DNA of 64,000 bases from the human T2T-CHM13v2.0 reference genome, Homo sapiens. The stretch lies in assembly GCF_009914755.1 (NCBI RefSeq), contig NC_060925.1. One strand, 5' to 3'. This document shows, in pieces, positions 63,367 through 64,000 of this stretch. Both the position numbers and the translations under genes were made by a program. The notes under the pieces are model-generated. The model was not told the origin of the DNA and ran no database searches. It worked only from the letters and a program-made list of their open reading frames with translations. Numbering within the stretch: position 1 is the stretch's first letter; each line of letters opens with the position of its first letter.

Positions 63367-63672
63367 TTTTGGTTTTTTTGTTTTTGTTTTTGAGACAGAG
63401 TCTTGCTCTGTCACCCAGGCTAAAGTGTGGTGGTGTGATCTCAGCTCAGTGCAACCTCTGCCTCCCAAGTTCAAGTGATTCTCCTGGCTCAGCCTCCTGA
63501 GTAGCTGGGATTATAGGCGTGTGCCGCCACGCCTGGCTAACTTTTTATATTTTTAGTAGAGACGGGGTTTCACTGTGTTAGCCAGGATGGTCTCGATTTC
63601 CTGACCTCATGATTCACCTGCCTTGGCCTCCCAAAGTGCTGGGATTACAGGTGTGAGCCACCGTGCCTGGCC
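63367..63672 (-). mobile_element. AluSc-like
   Basis: Antisense Alu ending ~80 nt upstream of the SEC22B exon-4 acceptor. Confidence 0.9.
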
Positions 63673-63749
63673 AACTCAGAACTTTTAATTTCCTACCTCA
63701 GTACTTTGATGGCCATGAAAGAAATGGTCAGTTTTCTTCATCATTCTAG

Positions 63750-63896
63750 ATACTTTCATTCAGAAAACCAAGAAGCTCTACATTGACAGTTGTGCTCGAA
63801 GAAACCTAGGCTCCATCAACACTGAATTGCAAGATGTGCAGAGGATCATGGTGGCCAATATCGAAGAAGTGTTACAACGAGGAGAAGCACTCTCAG
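63750..63896 (+). pseudogene. SEC22B: SEC22B paralog exon 4 (R130C); start of the R-SNARE motif
   Basis: Boundaries tcattctag|ATACT...CTCTCAG|gtatct; translates [49 protein letters not shown]. Exon 5 (TM domain) would lie beyond the window. Confidence 0.95.
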
Positions 63897-64000
63897 GTAT
63901 CTAAAAGCAATGAGTCTTATGAAGAAATGGTTCTCATTCCATAGACAAGGATAGCTTATTTTGCAGTGCCTTTTATGCTATTAGATTCTACCTAGAACTG

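Overview
This is primate, most likely human, genomic DNA from the chr1 PDE4DIP/SEC22B(/NOTCH2NL-associated) segmental-duplication cassette. The identification comes from my recall of the protein sequences, and I cannot tell which paralog this is. Two genes point away from each other. On the minus strand there is a CpG-island first coding exon of the long PDE4DIP (myomegalin) isoform (MKGTDSGSCCRRRC..., 31396->31164); positions 1-31163 are its first intron. On the plus strand there is a duplicated SEC22B copy with exons 2-4 and intact splice sites. It carries Q39* plus Y71D, K82T and R130C, and I find no recognisable exon 1, only a short GC-rich promoter remnant near 48.1-48.2 kb. The rest is mostly transposon-derived: a full-length L1PA3/4-type LINE-1 with a 17-bp TSD, a complete LTR-int-LTR MLT1 MaLR, MER41B, MST, MLT and PABL-like LTRs, hAT and Tigger MITEs, old L1M/L2/MIR pieces and over 20 Alus. 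The most notable observations are the 'decapitated' SEC22B copy that could re-initiate at Met59, an L1 antisense promoter aimed down PDE4DIP, a ~100-bp templated insertion inside a (TG)n tract, a MER41B with one GAS site next to the SEC22B promoter remnant, and a strong CTCF motif. Repeat subfamily names are by eye and need RepeatMasker/Dfam confirmation.
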